Source: Octopus sinensis (Eukaryota). Taken from it: a stretch of 64,000 nt of DNA. The DNA lies in contig NC_042997.1 in NCBI RefSeq assembly GCF_006345805.1, positions 32,550,001-32,614,000 on the forward strand. The letters run 5' to 3'. Below the pieces are notes generated by a model that worked only from the letters and a program-made list of their open reading frames with translations, searched no databases and had not been told where the DNA came from. Made by a program: the position numbers and the translations under genes. This document shows positions 25,478 through 38,400 of the stretch, one piece after another; position 1 is the first letter of the stretch; each line of letters opens with the position of its first letter.

Positions 25478-28400
25478 TTGCGTGTCTGTGTTTGTTCCCC
25501 TAGCATTGCTTGACAACCAACGCTAGTGTGTTTACATCTCCGTCACTTAGCGGTTCGGCAAAAAGAGACCGATAGAATAAGTACTGGGCTTACAAAAAGA
25601 AGAAGTCCCAGGGTCGAGTTGCTCGACTAAAGGCGGTGCTCCAGCATGGCCGCAGTCAAATGACTGAAACAAGTAAAAGAATAAAAGAGTAAAGAGAGTG
25701 GGATACAACCTGAAACAAACACACGCAGCCATCCTGTGCCTATGTGTGCATGTATATAGATGGACTTAAGTGTGATTATATGAGTGTGTGTAAATGTGTA
25801 CGTAGCAATGAGTGTCAGTCTGTTGTTTCAGAGACTGAGTGATGATGAGATGTTGAAATACCAAAGATGGTAGATTCATGTTCTTCTGTTTTGAAATTTG
25901 CAAGTGGAAACAGAGAAAAAATAAAGAAAAACATTCTTTTTATCAAACTGAATTTTTCCAATTGTACTTTTAATGAGAACATTTTAGCTTATGAAAACTA
26001 AAAATATAATTTACAAAAGAATTGCAATCCAAATTAACATCCTTGTGAGATATTGATAAAAAAATTGTAAACTTTTGTCTCAGTATCAATCTGGTTGAGA
26101 AAAGAACAAAACAAAAAAAAAACAAAAAACAACCATACTACTCGCATACATAAATATGAGAGCAAACACTTCATGCAAACTTCAAAATTTACAGATCTAT
26201 TTAACCCATGCTAAAATTGAAAAATTAAAGATATAAAATAAATATAAAACAAGATGTGCAAAAAAATGTTAATAAACTTTAGACTGCACTGTTTAAAAAA
26301 TACATACTTATAGCTATCCTTGGCATTCTTCTTGAAGGCAGTTTCTATTGCTTGGAAAATTTCTGGATTAAAGAGGTATATCCCACAGTTTATGATATTA
26401 CTAATAAATGTCTCTGGCTTTTCAACATAATGTAAGACCTACAATGTAAAGAAAAAGAAGAAAACAATTGTAAATAAAACCAAGTATTTAATTTAAATTT
26501 TTCATACAAACCTCTCTTTCATTGCATCTTTTTCTACGATACAAAGCTATAAGTTTTTAAAGTATTCAAATCTAATTTAAAATCTTCCATATTTTATATC
26601 AGAACAGGCTGATTATGTTACGTTCTAAAGATCAGCTAAAAACAGCAAAAGTTATTTTTCTAAATCCCATCTATTCTAGATTACGGTAATGGAAGGTATA
26701 ATTCATCTATCCAAAGAAATACTTCAGCAACTTCAACTCTCTCCAAATTCATAGCCTGATCTTACTCTTTTTACTTGTTTCTGTCATTTGACTGTGGCCA
26801 TGCTGGAGCACCGCCTTTAGTCGAGCAAATCGACCCCGGGACTTATTCTTTGTAAGCCCAGTACTTATTCTATCGGTCTCTTTTGCCGAACCGCTAAGTG
26901 ACGGGGACGTAAACACACCAGCATCGGTTGTCAAGCAATGCTAGGGGGACAAACACAGACACACAAACATCTATATATATATATACATATATACGACAGG
27001 CTTCTTTCAGTTTCCGTCTACCAAATCCACTCACAAGGCATTGGTCGGCCCGAGGCTATAGCAGAAGACACTTGCCCAAGATGCCACGCAGTGGGACTGA
27101 ACCCGGAACCATGTGGTTGGTTAGCAAGCTACTTACCACACAGCCACTCCTGCGCCTATAGCATCTTTATTTTATTTTCAAACATTTAGAACTATTTTAG
27201 ATAGTTCTAAATATTTGGGGTTTTTTTTGTTTTTTTTAGAAGTCCACTTTTTCATGCTCACGTGGATCAGATGGAAGTTGTTGACAGATCTTAAGTGGCC
27301 AAATGCCTTTCTTATCACTAACCCTCACCTGTTTCCAAGTTAATATTTCTCCAAGGCCAAACATGTTTTCAAAGAACACTGCAAACAAAGGACATATCTG
27401 AGTTTTACCCAAACAGACTCCATATTAAACAGCTTTCCTAAGCCTTCATCTCCAGAACTACAATCTTTTACAACGTCATCATAACTTACATTTCATCTTT
27501 CACCCCAATCCACCGACCAAACACACCAACCAGAAGTTTAAGGTGAACATAAAGCATATTCAAAGAATAAGGGGTACTTTTTTCCTCACACTAATTAATA
27601 GTAATATAATTAGTATATCAAATTATTTTGATTTTGTATTTGGTTTGCAAGAGTATTAATTTGAAATCATGTATTGAAACAGATTTTGGTGTCTCTCAGC
27701 TCAGTCATTACGCCAATAATGAACACATGCACCAGCTGTATTTCATTTCTTTTATTATTCTAATCCAGACCTGGAGAAGAGAGGGAAGGTGATTTTATGA
27801 AGTTATGAATGGCAACAAAAGGACTGATGAACCTAGTTGATTGACTGATTCACTAAAGTAATCAAACATTAGATTTACTAAGTAGTTTGATGACTAATTA
27901 GTTGACTATAATAGTATAAGAAGTGAAACAGAACCAGTGTGAGTGTGTTTATTATTGACCTCATGACCCTCTGAAGATACAACAATATCAAATTAGTAAA
28001 AATCTAGCACAAAATGGCAAAGTGGAATTATGTTGTAGGAATGCTCAGTCTAAGCCTGAACCAAAATTTTGACTCCACTATCACCTCACAAAACCACAAA
28101 CTTAAAAATAACCAAAAGCAAATGATGGAACCTTTTTAAGGTTACTTAAGTTGTGAAAAATACTAACTAAATCTCCTTCAAATCATATCCTACCATTTTA
28201 AAACAAGGACACACTATAGATGATAATACACAATATCTGAAGGAAAGACAGAATGATCAGAGGTCTGCTCTATCAAGCTGACATGAAGCTAAATAAAAAA
28301 CAAAAACTAATTGCAAATAATGCAGTGACCAGCACAAAATATGAATCATTCACCAATCAAACTATATATTTCTTTATTGCCCACAAGGGGCCAAACAAGG

Positions 28401-31400
28401 ACAGACAAAGGGATTAAGTCGATTACAACGACCCCAGTGCGAAACCGGTACTTTATTTATCGACCCTGAAAGGATGAAAGGCAAAGTCGACCTCGGCGGA
28501 ATTTGAACTCAGAACGTAGCGGCAGACGAAATACCGCTAAGCATTTCACCCGACGTGCTAACGATTCTGCCAGCTCGCTGCCTTATCAAACTATAGGTTA
28601 AGCTTTGTGAACTTACATATTTTTTCAGTGGAGTAGTTGAAAAAAAAAAGAAAACAAAGATTATCATGATACAAGACTTATAGAAATATTCATAATATTA
28701 CAATTGATTATGTTTTTATTATATAAGAGGCTGTACAGCCCATGGAAACTTCTCACAAACACAATAATACACATACACATTCATACTGACTACCAACCTC
28801 ATGTGTTGCTTTTCCTTCTACCATGCAGCCAAACCTTAAAGATTGTTGTCGTGTAGCCTGAAAATATGAAATAAAAAGTAAATAGTAATAATAAAACAAC
28901 CAAAAAACACTTGGAAATTGATGGAAGAAATCAAGAAAATTAAATTTTAAAAATCTGGCAATAATTAAATATGTCTCATAAAATGCTGACATACAACAAT
29001 ATATTTATCATCAGTTTTAAAAACAGTTTTGCTTTTATTTTCCATTTTAAAAATGTCTAACAATCTATAAAGAGAGACCAACTTTAAATTTTTTTCATTA
29101 ATTCAATTAAGGTGGCAAGGTGGCCGAATCATTAGCACATTGGACAAAATGCTTAGTGGTATTTTATCCAGCTTTACGTTCTTATTTCTTTATTGCCCAC
29201 AAGGGGCTACACACAGAGGGGACAAGCATGGAGAGACAAACGGATTAAGTCGATTATATTGACCCCCAGTGCATAACTGGTACTCATTTAATCGACCCCG
29301 AAAAGAAGAAAGGCAAAGTCGACCTCAGTGGAATTTGAACTCGGAATGTAGCGACAGACAAAATACCGCTAAGCATTTCGCCCGGCATGCTAACGTTTCT
29401 GCCAGCTCGCTGCCTTTGCGTTCTGAGTTCAAATTCTGCTGAGGGTGACTTTGCTCTTCATCCTTTCGGGATCGATAAGTACCAGTTGAGTACTGTGAGG
29501 TCCATGAAATCGACTTACCCCTTCCTTTTAAATGGCCATTCTTATGCGATTGGCTTTTAGTGAAGAAAGGAGTTTGACACTGCTGCCCTCTTTTGAGTTT
29601 CTTGCTGTGATATAGGTTCATCTGGGACCTTGGACAGCAGGAAATCAAGTTGTTTCTTGAAAACATCTCCATGAAGATCCTTTGAATTCCAAACTACTGC
29701 AGTGCATGGTCCTAACTCTAGTTGGGATAGCTGAGACCTTTGGAAAACAGTGCGATGACATCCAGTTCAGGGGTTAGTATAGCTCTTGATGCCAAAGTTT
29801 GGAGCCAACCTCTCCAGGATCTTCCATACATATATCACTGCATACCTCTCCCATCTTTGCTCCAGGGAGTAGTAACATGATTAGAAAACAAAAACTCCAT
29901 TCCTAGATTTCACATTTTTTAATTAAAACTTGAGTTGAAAAGAGATGAAATAAATTCTAATAGAACAAAAAAATATCTCATCCATATCTGTATGTTTTGC
30001 TTCTAAAATTAGAGAAATTTTCATTGGCCAAAATACGCACAATTCTTGTGAGATTAAATTGGAAGAGTACTGACCACTAACAGAGAAGACTTCAAAACCG
30101 CAAAGCCATTGGTTGTTCTAAATTCAAGAACAAGGGACGTAATTCTGCTTGTCTCAGCCTGACTAGCAACACGTTCCTCTACCTACAACTTCCCAGTAGG
30201 GAAAAAGTAATATTGCCAGACCACCTGATGTCAATTCATGACAACTGATGGAATTGATGTAATAAAAAATCGAGTGTTCTGCCATGAAGCATGATAAAAT
30301 GCTAACTAAAAATAACATTGCGGTGATAGTCTAGCATGGCTTTCTGAAAGACATATAATGTTTGAAGGAAAACCCATTATAGAGAAATATATTTTTGTTG
30401 ATTTAATTTTAAAGTCTATTTTTGCAACTAATAGCAAACTTTAAAAACACCTAATCATGATGATGAGGAGGATCACTTTTCATCTACAGAAATTAATAAA
30501 AATATCATCATCATCATCAAAAGAATAAAATACAAGTTTTGGTGTTGGTACTTATTTCAAAGCCAAGCCGTTTAAAAATTTTGCTAGCTTTTAAGAATAA
30601 TTATATTATGTAAATTTTTTTTTTAATTACATGGCATTGTCGGAAGGCAGTTAACATCAATGCAGCCTTACAGCATAAAACATTTCTTACATCTGGTTTA
30701 ATATCATATTTATAATCCTAACTAACCCTTATTTATTATGGTCATTTTCTACTAAATACAGATTTAGTTCAAATTAGAATTGCATAAGTAGTAAAAACCA
30801 ATGTGAATGTTTCTAGTGACAAAGAGCTTTTGAAAAAGGAAATATAAGAAAATCATGAAAATATGGCAAAGCAAATCTATTAGCAGAGATAGTTGTGGAG
30901 ACAGTGGTGACAAAGAAAGAAAACAAACAGTGACTCACTTCGGTACCTAGAATAGTTCCATATGATCCTGCAGGATTTTCCTTATGAAAGTTCAACATTT
31001 CTAGCAGAGGGAAATCTCCACAAACGTCAGCATTCATTACAAAGAAAGCTTTTGGATTATCAATTAGAATTTGGTCTCGAAAAAGAAACAAGCCACCAGC
31101 AGTTCCTAGGGCAGTATATTCTAGGAGATACCTAAAGGTGAGAGAAAAATGAAAGAAAAATATATAATGTATGAGTGAGATATGGTCCCCAATCCATTTA
31201 GATGTGTAGTAAGTCTAAATAAAAACTTAAGAGGTTTTTAAAAAAAATATCTGACCATCATTATGAATATGGTACTAGGAACATAATACAAAAGAATATC
31301 TCTAAAATTGTCAAGAAGGCCGAGGGTGTCTTGGCATCACTCAGCAAGACTTTTGTTAGCCGCTCTCCAGCCATCTATTTAAAACTGTATACAGCTATGG

Positions 31401-34400
31401 TACGACCACACTTGGAATTCGCTTCATTAGTTTGGAATCCCTATCTTGCTCAGAACATTGACCTCCAGGAATCTGTTCAGAGACGTGCAACCAAACGCAT
31501 ACCCTCCATCAGACACCTACCATACTCTGAGCGCCTTGTTTCCCTGGGCATGGATTCACTGAAGCTCCGGCGTCTGGCGACGGACTTGGTAAACACCCAC
31601 AAAGTTATCAACCACCTCACCAACAACAACACTGAACACCTTTTTGATCTCCATGTGTCTAACACACATGGACATGCCTACAAAGTCAGAAAACAACACA
31701 GCTCTCATGACTTTCGGAAACATTTTTTCATGCTCAGAGTTGCTGAAACATGGAACAAACTGCCTGCATCAGTTGTTGACTGCCATGACACTGTATCCTT
31801 TAAGGCCCTCATGCTTTCCGAAATCTGCCGAAACTACACCTGATTATACATACAGTTTAGATGAGTTGTAGTGCACCTGAGCACTGTACACAATGTTTTA
31901 TTATTATTATTTTATTATTATTATTAAGATAATAACAACATTTTTAGGCAGGCTGATATCAATATATTTAAGAGAAAGTGAAGAGGAAAAAGAAAATCAA
32001 GGATAGACAGAACTTCAGAAAGAAACTTAAATATACCGAATTTGTACTTTAAATTCTTGTTGACATTCTGCAATAAACTTTTTGAGAGGCTCTAAATGTC
32101 GGTAGAACCCAATTAGAAGAATCTCTTGCAAGTTTGGCACCTAAAGGTAAAGAGAAAGAAAAGAAAGATAATGCAAAATATGGAAAATAAAATGTTAACC
32201 AAAGTATTTAATTAAATATTGTAAATGTTATACCAAATATAACTGTCAAGTGTTGTGAAGTTAAACCAGAAAAAAGAAAAAAAACACCACATTCTGAACT
32301 TCTTGATTAACTATAATGGTTTCAACTTTTTAGGATAAGGCCAGCAAATTTAGTAGGAGGTGGGGGTCAGTTGATTAAATTAAATCCAATGTTCAACCAG
32401 TACATATTTTATCGACTCAGAATGGATGAAAGACAAAGTCAAACTTGATAGAATTTAAATTCAGAACATAAAGAGCTGAAAGAAATAATGTTAAACATGT
32501 TTGTCCAACACACTAAAAATTCTGCCAACACGTCTTATTTCGTATTTGTTTCATCATCATCATCATCGTCGTTTAACGTCCGTTCTCCATGCTAGCATGG
32601 GTTGGACGGTTCGACCGGGGTTCTGGGAGGCCAGAAGGCTGCACCAGGCTCCAGTCTAATTTGGCAATGTTTCTACAGCTGGATGCCCTTCCTAACGCCA
32701 ACCACTCCGTGAGTGTAGTGGGTGCTTTTTACGTGCCACCTGCACAGGTGCCAGGCGGGGCTGGCAACGGCCACGGTCAGATTGGTGTATTTTATGTGCC
32801 ACCGGCACGGAAGCCAGTCGAGGCGGTGCTGGCATCGGCCACGAGTCGGATAGTGCTTTTTACGTACCACCAGACCAGGGATCCTGGCTGGTTCAATTCG
32901 ATTTCGATTTCGCTTGCCCCAACATGTCTTCACAAGCAAAGGGGGTTGGCAAGGGTGCCTGTCGTACGGTCGCATTGGAGTATTTTACGTGCCACGGCCA
33001 CAAGTCGGATAGTGCTTTTTACGTACCACCAGACCAGGGATACTGGCTGGTTCAATTCGATTTCGATTTCGCTTGCCCCAACATGTCTTCACAAGCAAAG
33101 GGGGTTGGCATGGGTGCCTGTCGTACGGTCGCATTGGAGTATTTTACGTGCCACGGCCCCGAGTCGGATAGTGCTTTTTACGTACCACCAGGCCAGGGAT
33201 CCTGGCTGGTTCAATTCGGTTTCGATTTCGATTTCGCTTGCCCCAACATGTCTTCGCAAGCATGGGGGGTTGGGATGGGTGTCTGTCGTCGGATGAGGTT
33301 CTATATCGACTTCGCTTGCCTCAACCGGTCTTTGTGTCCAAGGGAGGAAAGGCATTCATAAGTGGGCTGGGCTCACTTGTCCTGCCTGGTCTTCTCACGT
33401 ACAGAATATTTCCAAAGGTCTCGGTCTCTGGTCATTTCCTCAGTGAGGCCTAAAGTTCGAAGGTCGTGCTTCACCACCTCGTCCCAGGTTTTCCTGGGTC
33501 TACCTCTTCCACGGGTTCCCTCAACTGCTAGGGATTGGCACTTTCTCACACACCTATCTTCATCCATTCTCGCCACATGACCATACCAGCGCAATCGTCT
33601 CTCTTGCACACCACAACTGATGCTTCTTAGGTACAACATTTCTCTCAAGGTGCTAACGCTCTGTCGAGTATGTACACTGACATTACACATCCATCGGAGC
33701 ATACTGGCTTCATTCCTCACGAGCTTACGCATGTCCTCAGCAGTCACAGCCCATGTTATTCTTATATAAACTTCCTAAGAGCACCTTTTCAAACTACATC
33801 TGTCTAACACCCGTGGACATGTTTACAAAGTCAGAAAACAGCACAGCTCCCATGACTTTTGGAAACATCTTTTCACGCTGAGAGTTGCTGAAGCATGGAA
33901 CAAACTGCCAGCATCAGTTGTTAGTTGTCGGAGCACTGCATCCTTCAAAACTTTCATGCTTCCTGAGATTCGCCAACACTACACCTGATTTTCTCCCCTC
34001 CATAAACACACAAGCATGTATCTGACTCATACACTGTTTGCTTTCCAGACATTTGTACATTACTGCATATGCTTTATATGCACTTTTTACAAGTTGTGGT
34101 GCACCTGAACACTGTATACAATAAGTTCATTATTCTTATATATACTTCTTAATCTATATTATTACAACCATTAGCCAAAAAATAGCAAAAAAATGCATTA
34201 AAAATGGAAAAAAAAATTATGGTAAATTTTTTTTTAAATCGTTGACTCATCGTAGACATTTTTAGAGAGTTACTTCCCTTATATAATAGCGAAAAAAATG
34301 CATTAAAATGGAAAAAAATTATGGTAAATTATTTTTTAAATCGTAGACTCATCGTAGATGCGCGCTAATACCCAGAAGGGCTCGATATGAATCACGACTA

Positions 34401-35450
34401 TAAGATACCCGCTTTTGGTTAAACTGCACCGCAAAATGTGGGAGTAGTTAGGAATCTAAATCGTAGGAGACAGACACACAACTTCACTTTTATATATAAA
34501 GATTAGGAGGAGGAGAAGGAGGAAGAGAGCCTATGATGTTTAGAGGTTCACTGAAGCTTATCAGATTGATGTTGAGTTTCAACAGTATCTGCAGGTTGAC
34601 ATCAAGGTGCAAAATGCTGATGGATGGGGAATTTAAAAGGAAAGCAACGGAAATGATTGCTCTGTGTGTATCTGTGTGTGTGTGTGTTCGAAAGTAGCAT
34701 GTAACACAGATGGAGTAATGAGAAGGAGAGATGAGTGTATCAGGCTGAAGGGATGGATATGCAGTCAGAAGAAGAGATAGATGTAGTAGTGATACAGCTT
34801 AATCAATCAGTGTAGTTAGAGTGAAAAATGGGTTGAAGTACTTCAAGAAACTTAACTGTTAACCACACAGCCACTGCAAATATTTCCTTCAAACTTTGCG
34901 TTTGTTACATTTATTCAAACCCCAAAGAATCCCTCCCAACTCATGGCTATGATGCTACCCCACTACTCCTGCTCATGATCAGAAATGCACGTATTGTCAG
35001 CCATTAAAGGACATGTTCAAGTGGTTAAGTGGTTAACTAACTGAGAAGCAAATCTGTGGCATTGAGCAGAATGTTTGCTATAATGATATTTCTGCTTCAG
35101 CAACTCAGTGCTGAATCTGTCTGAAATGTAATGGAAAATAGGTCAGTTTCAAAAATGTTGATGTCCAGGTCACAAAAGCAAAGTTTGGAGGGAATAATAG
35201 TTATTTCCTCTGATTTCTAGATAAAAGCAAATAGGAAATAATACTTACTGACCAAAGACAACAAAAATTTTAATCTTCTTATACAGTGGCATAGGAGTGG
35301 CTGTGTGGTAAGTAGCTTGCTTACGAACCACATGGTTCCGGGTTCAGTCCCACTGCGTGGCACTTTGGGCAAGTGTCTTCTACTATAGCCTTGGGCCGAC
35401 CAAAGCTGTGTGAGTGGATTTGGTAGATGGAAACTGAAAGAAGCCCGTCG

Positions 35451-35481
<31 letters not shown>

Positions 35482-38400
35482 TATACATAACTCTCTCCCC
35501 TTTTCCAACCCTTTCGCCATGATCACCCTTTTTTTTTACCACCATGCTCTTGCTCCCTTCAATACATCGTCTATGTCACGCTGTCTGAAGCAGGTGAACA
35601 CATCATAAGGCTCTGTCACACCTGTACACCGACACTGCCCATCAGGCAGAGCACACTAACTTCATTCCTCACTAACCTTCACATGCCTTTTGCATTCAGG
35701 GCCCAACACAACACTGTTGAGCTACTGGACTAAGATCTTTAATCTTTAGGTCTATCACAAAAAGAAAATTACTTCCCTCTCTCTCTCTTCCGGAGAGGCA
35801 CTGAGCAGCTATACGCACACATACACACACGGCAGGCAGTAACTTCCACCTACCGAATTCCATCACAAAGCTTCGGTCGACTCGGGGCTATAGTAGAAGA
35901 CACCTACACAAAGTGCCACACAGTGGGACTGAACCCGAAACCATGTAGTTAGAAAGCAAGCTCCCTAACCACACAGCCATGCCCGCGCCTATTATTATTG
36001 TTGTTGTTGTTGTCTGATCTTAGGTCAGCCATGACTGAAGGCAGTCAATAGTTTTTGAACATCATGAATTAACTACATTATCCAATATACAGGCAAGGCT
36101 GTGTGGTTACGAACTTTGCTTCCCAACCACATTTTCAGGTCTAGTCCTACAGTGACATCTTGGGCTAGTGTCTTCTACTATAACCCCAGGTTGATCAACG
36201 TCTGGTGAGTAGATTTGATAGATGGAAACTGAAAGAAGTTTATGCATGCATGTGTGTCTATCATTTCCAATATTCTGCAAAAACATGTCTGGTCATTGAA
36301 AAACATCACCTTGCTTGGCTACAGAAAGGTCAAGCTGTAGAAAATCAGCTTCAATGATGATGATGTTGTCAAGTAAACTGCCTCAGCCCTGCTACCCAAC
36401 TAAACCTTTGGAGAGAGACAATGATGATGATTAGGGACAGCCTAGGGCAAAATTAAAATTTTATAGTGCAAATTGAAATTGCGGTTATTTTGAAGAAAAT
36501 TAAGTACTCTCTTTACCCTTTTACTTGTTTCAGTCATTTGACTGCGGCCATGCTGGAGCACCACCTTTAGTCGAGCAAATCGACCCCGGGACTTATTCTT
36601 TGTAAGCCCAGTACTTATTCTATCGGTCTCTTTTGCCGAACCGCTAAGTGACGGGGACATAAACACACCAGCATTGGTTGTCAAGCAATGCTAGGGGGAC
36701 AAACACAGACACACAAACACATAGTGCCGGTGGCACATAAAAAGCACCATCCGTTCATGGCCGTTTGCCAGCTCTGTCTGGCACCTGTGCGGGTGGCACG
36801 TAAAAAGCACCCACTACACTCACGGAGTGGTTGGCGTTAGGAAGGGCATCCAGCCGTAGAAACACTGCCAGATTTGACTGGAGCCTGGTGCAGCCTTCTG
36901 GCTTCACAGACCCCAGTAGAACCGTCCAACCCATGCTAGCATGGAAAGCGGACGCTAAACGATGATGATGATGATGATATATATATATATACATATATAC
37001 GACAGGCTTCTTTCAGTTTCCGTCAACCAAATCCACTCACAAGGCATTGGTCGGCCCGGGGCTATAGCAGAAGACACTTGCCCAAGATGCCACGCAGTGG
37101 GACTGAACCTGGAACCATGTGGTTGGTTAGCAAGCTACTTACCACACAGCCACTCCTGCACCTGTAATTTAGGTTACCTGCTTTGTATGAAAATTGTTTC
37201 TATATCATCAATTGCTCTGTGCAAATTAGAGCAGAGACATTCCAACAAGTCAGCTTGCAGACAAACCACTTCAACTGTGACATTTGTTGCTGCTGTTTAT
37301 TCCCATGTCAGTCCTAATTGAGCAGACTTATGATCAAAAGTGTTCCAGTCATGACATACATGGGAGTACATTTTCCAATTTTTCTATACTGTTTAAGATC
37401 ACAGGATGTGATATATATATGAAGGAAGTTTATTTCTAATAGATCAGGAGACCATATTTATATGAGTGTATGAATAATGAAATTTGCTTGAGAAGACTTA
37501 TTGAGGTAAGTGTAAACAAATCAAAATGGCTGATGTGGCTGATCACAGTACCACCTGATTGGCACTCATGCCAATGGAACATCAAAAGCATATCCGAGCA
37601 TGATTGGCTCCCATGCTGGTGACATGTGAAAAGCACCATTTGAGCGTGATCGTTGCCAGCATCACCTCACCGGCACATGAAGAACAACATTCGACATCCG
37701 AGCATGGTCATTGCCAATGCCATCAGACTGGCTCCCATGCCAGTGGCACGTAAAAAGCACCCACTACACTCAGACTGGTTGGCGTTAGGAAGGGTATCCA
37801 GCAGTAGAAACATTGCCAGATCAGACTGAGCCTGATACAGCCTCTGGCTCACTAGTCCTCAGTCAAACAATTACGCTCCATATGTAAGTATTGTATAGAC
37901 CAGTGGTTTTCAACCAGGGTTCCGCAAGGAAAATGCACTCCCATGTAATTGGTGGCACCATTTGAGCGTGATTGTTGCCAGCATCGCTTCACCGGCACAT
38001 GAAGAACAACATTCGACATCCGAGCATGGTCATTGCCAGTGCCATCAGACTGGCTCCCATGCCAGTGGCACGTAAAAAGCACCCACTACATTTGGAGTGG
38101 CTTGGTGTTAGGAAGGGCATCCAGCAGTAGAAACATTGCCAGATCAGACTGAGCCTGATACAGCCTCTGGCTCACTAAGTCCTCAGTCAAACCGTCCAAC
38201 CCATGCCAGCATGGAAAGCAGATGTTAAATGATGATGACATACACATATATGCATGCATTCTTTAACTGGTTGAAGCCTTTACCCTAACTGTACTTGTGT
38301 ATATAAATGAATCTGCAGATTCCTGAATACATGATGGCACAAAAACACTAACAATTGTTAATTTTTGTTTGTTTTGTGTTTATTGTAATGAACATTTGAA

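Noticed and set aside
32589-33453. ORFs beginning MLAWVGRF or repeating VFYVPP (also 12235, 21526, 40319, 51517)
   Set aside because: Antisense translations of the GC-rich RTE 3' UTR; frames are not preserved between copies.
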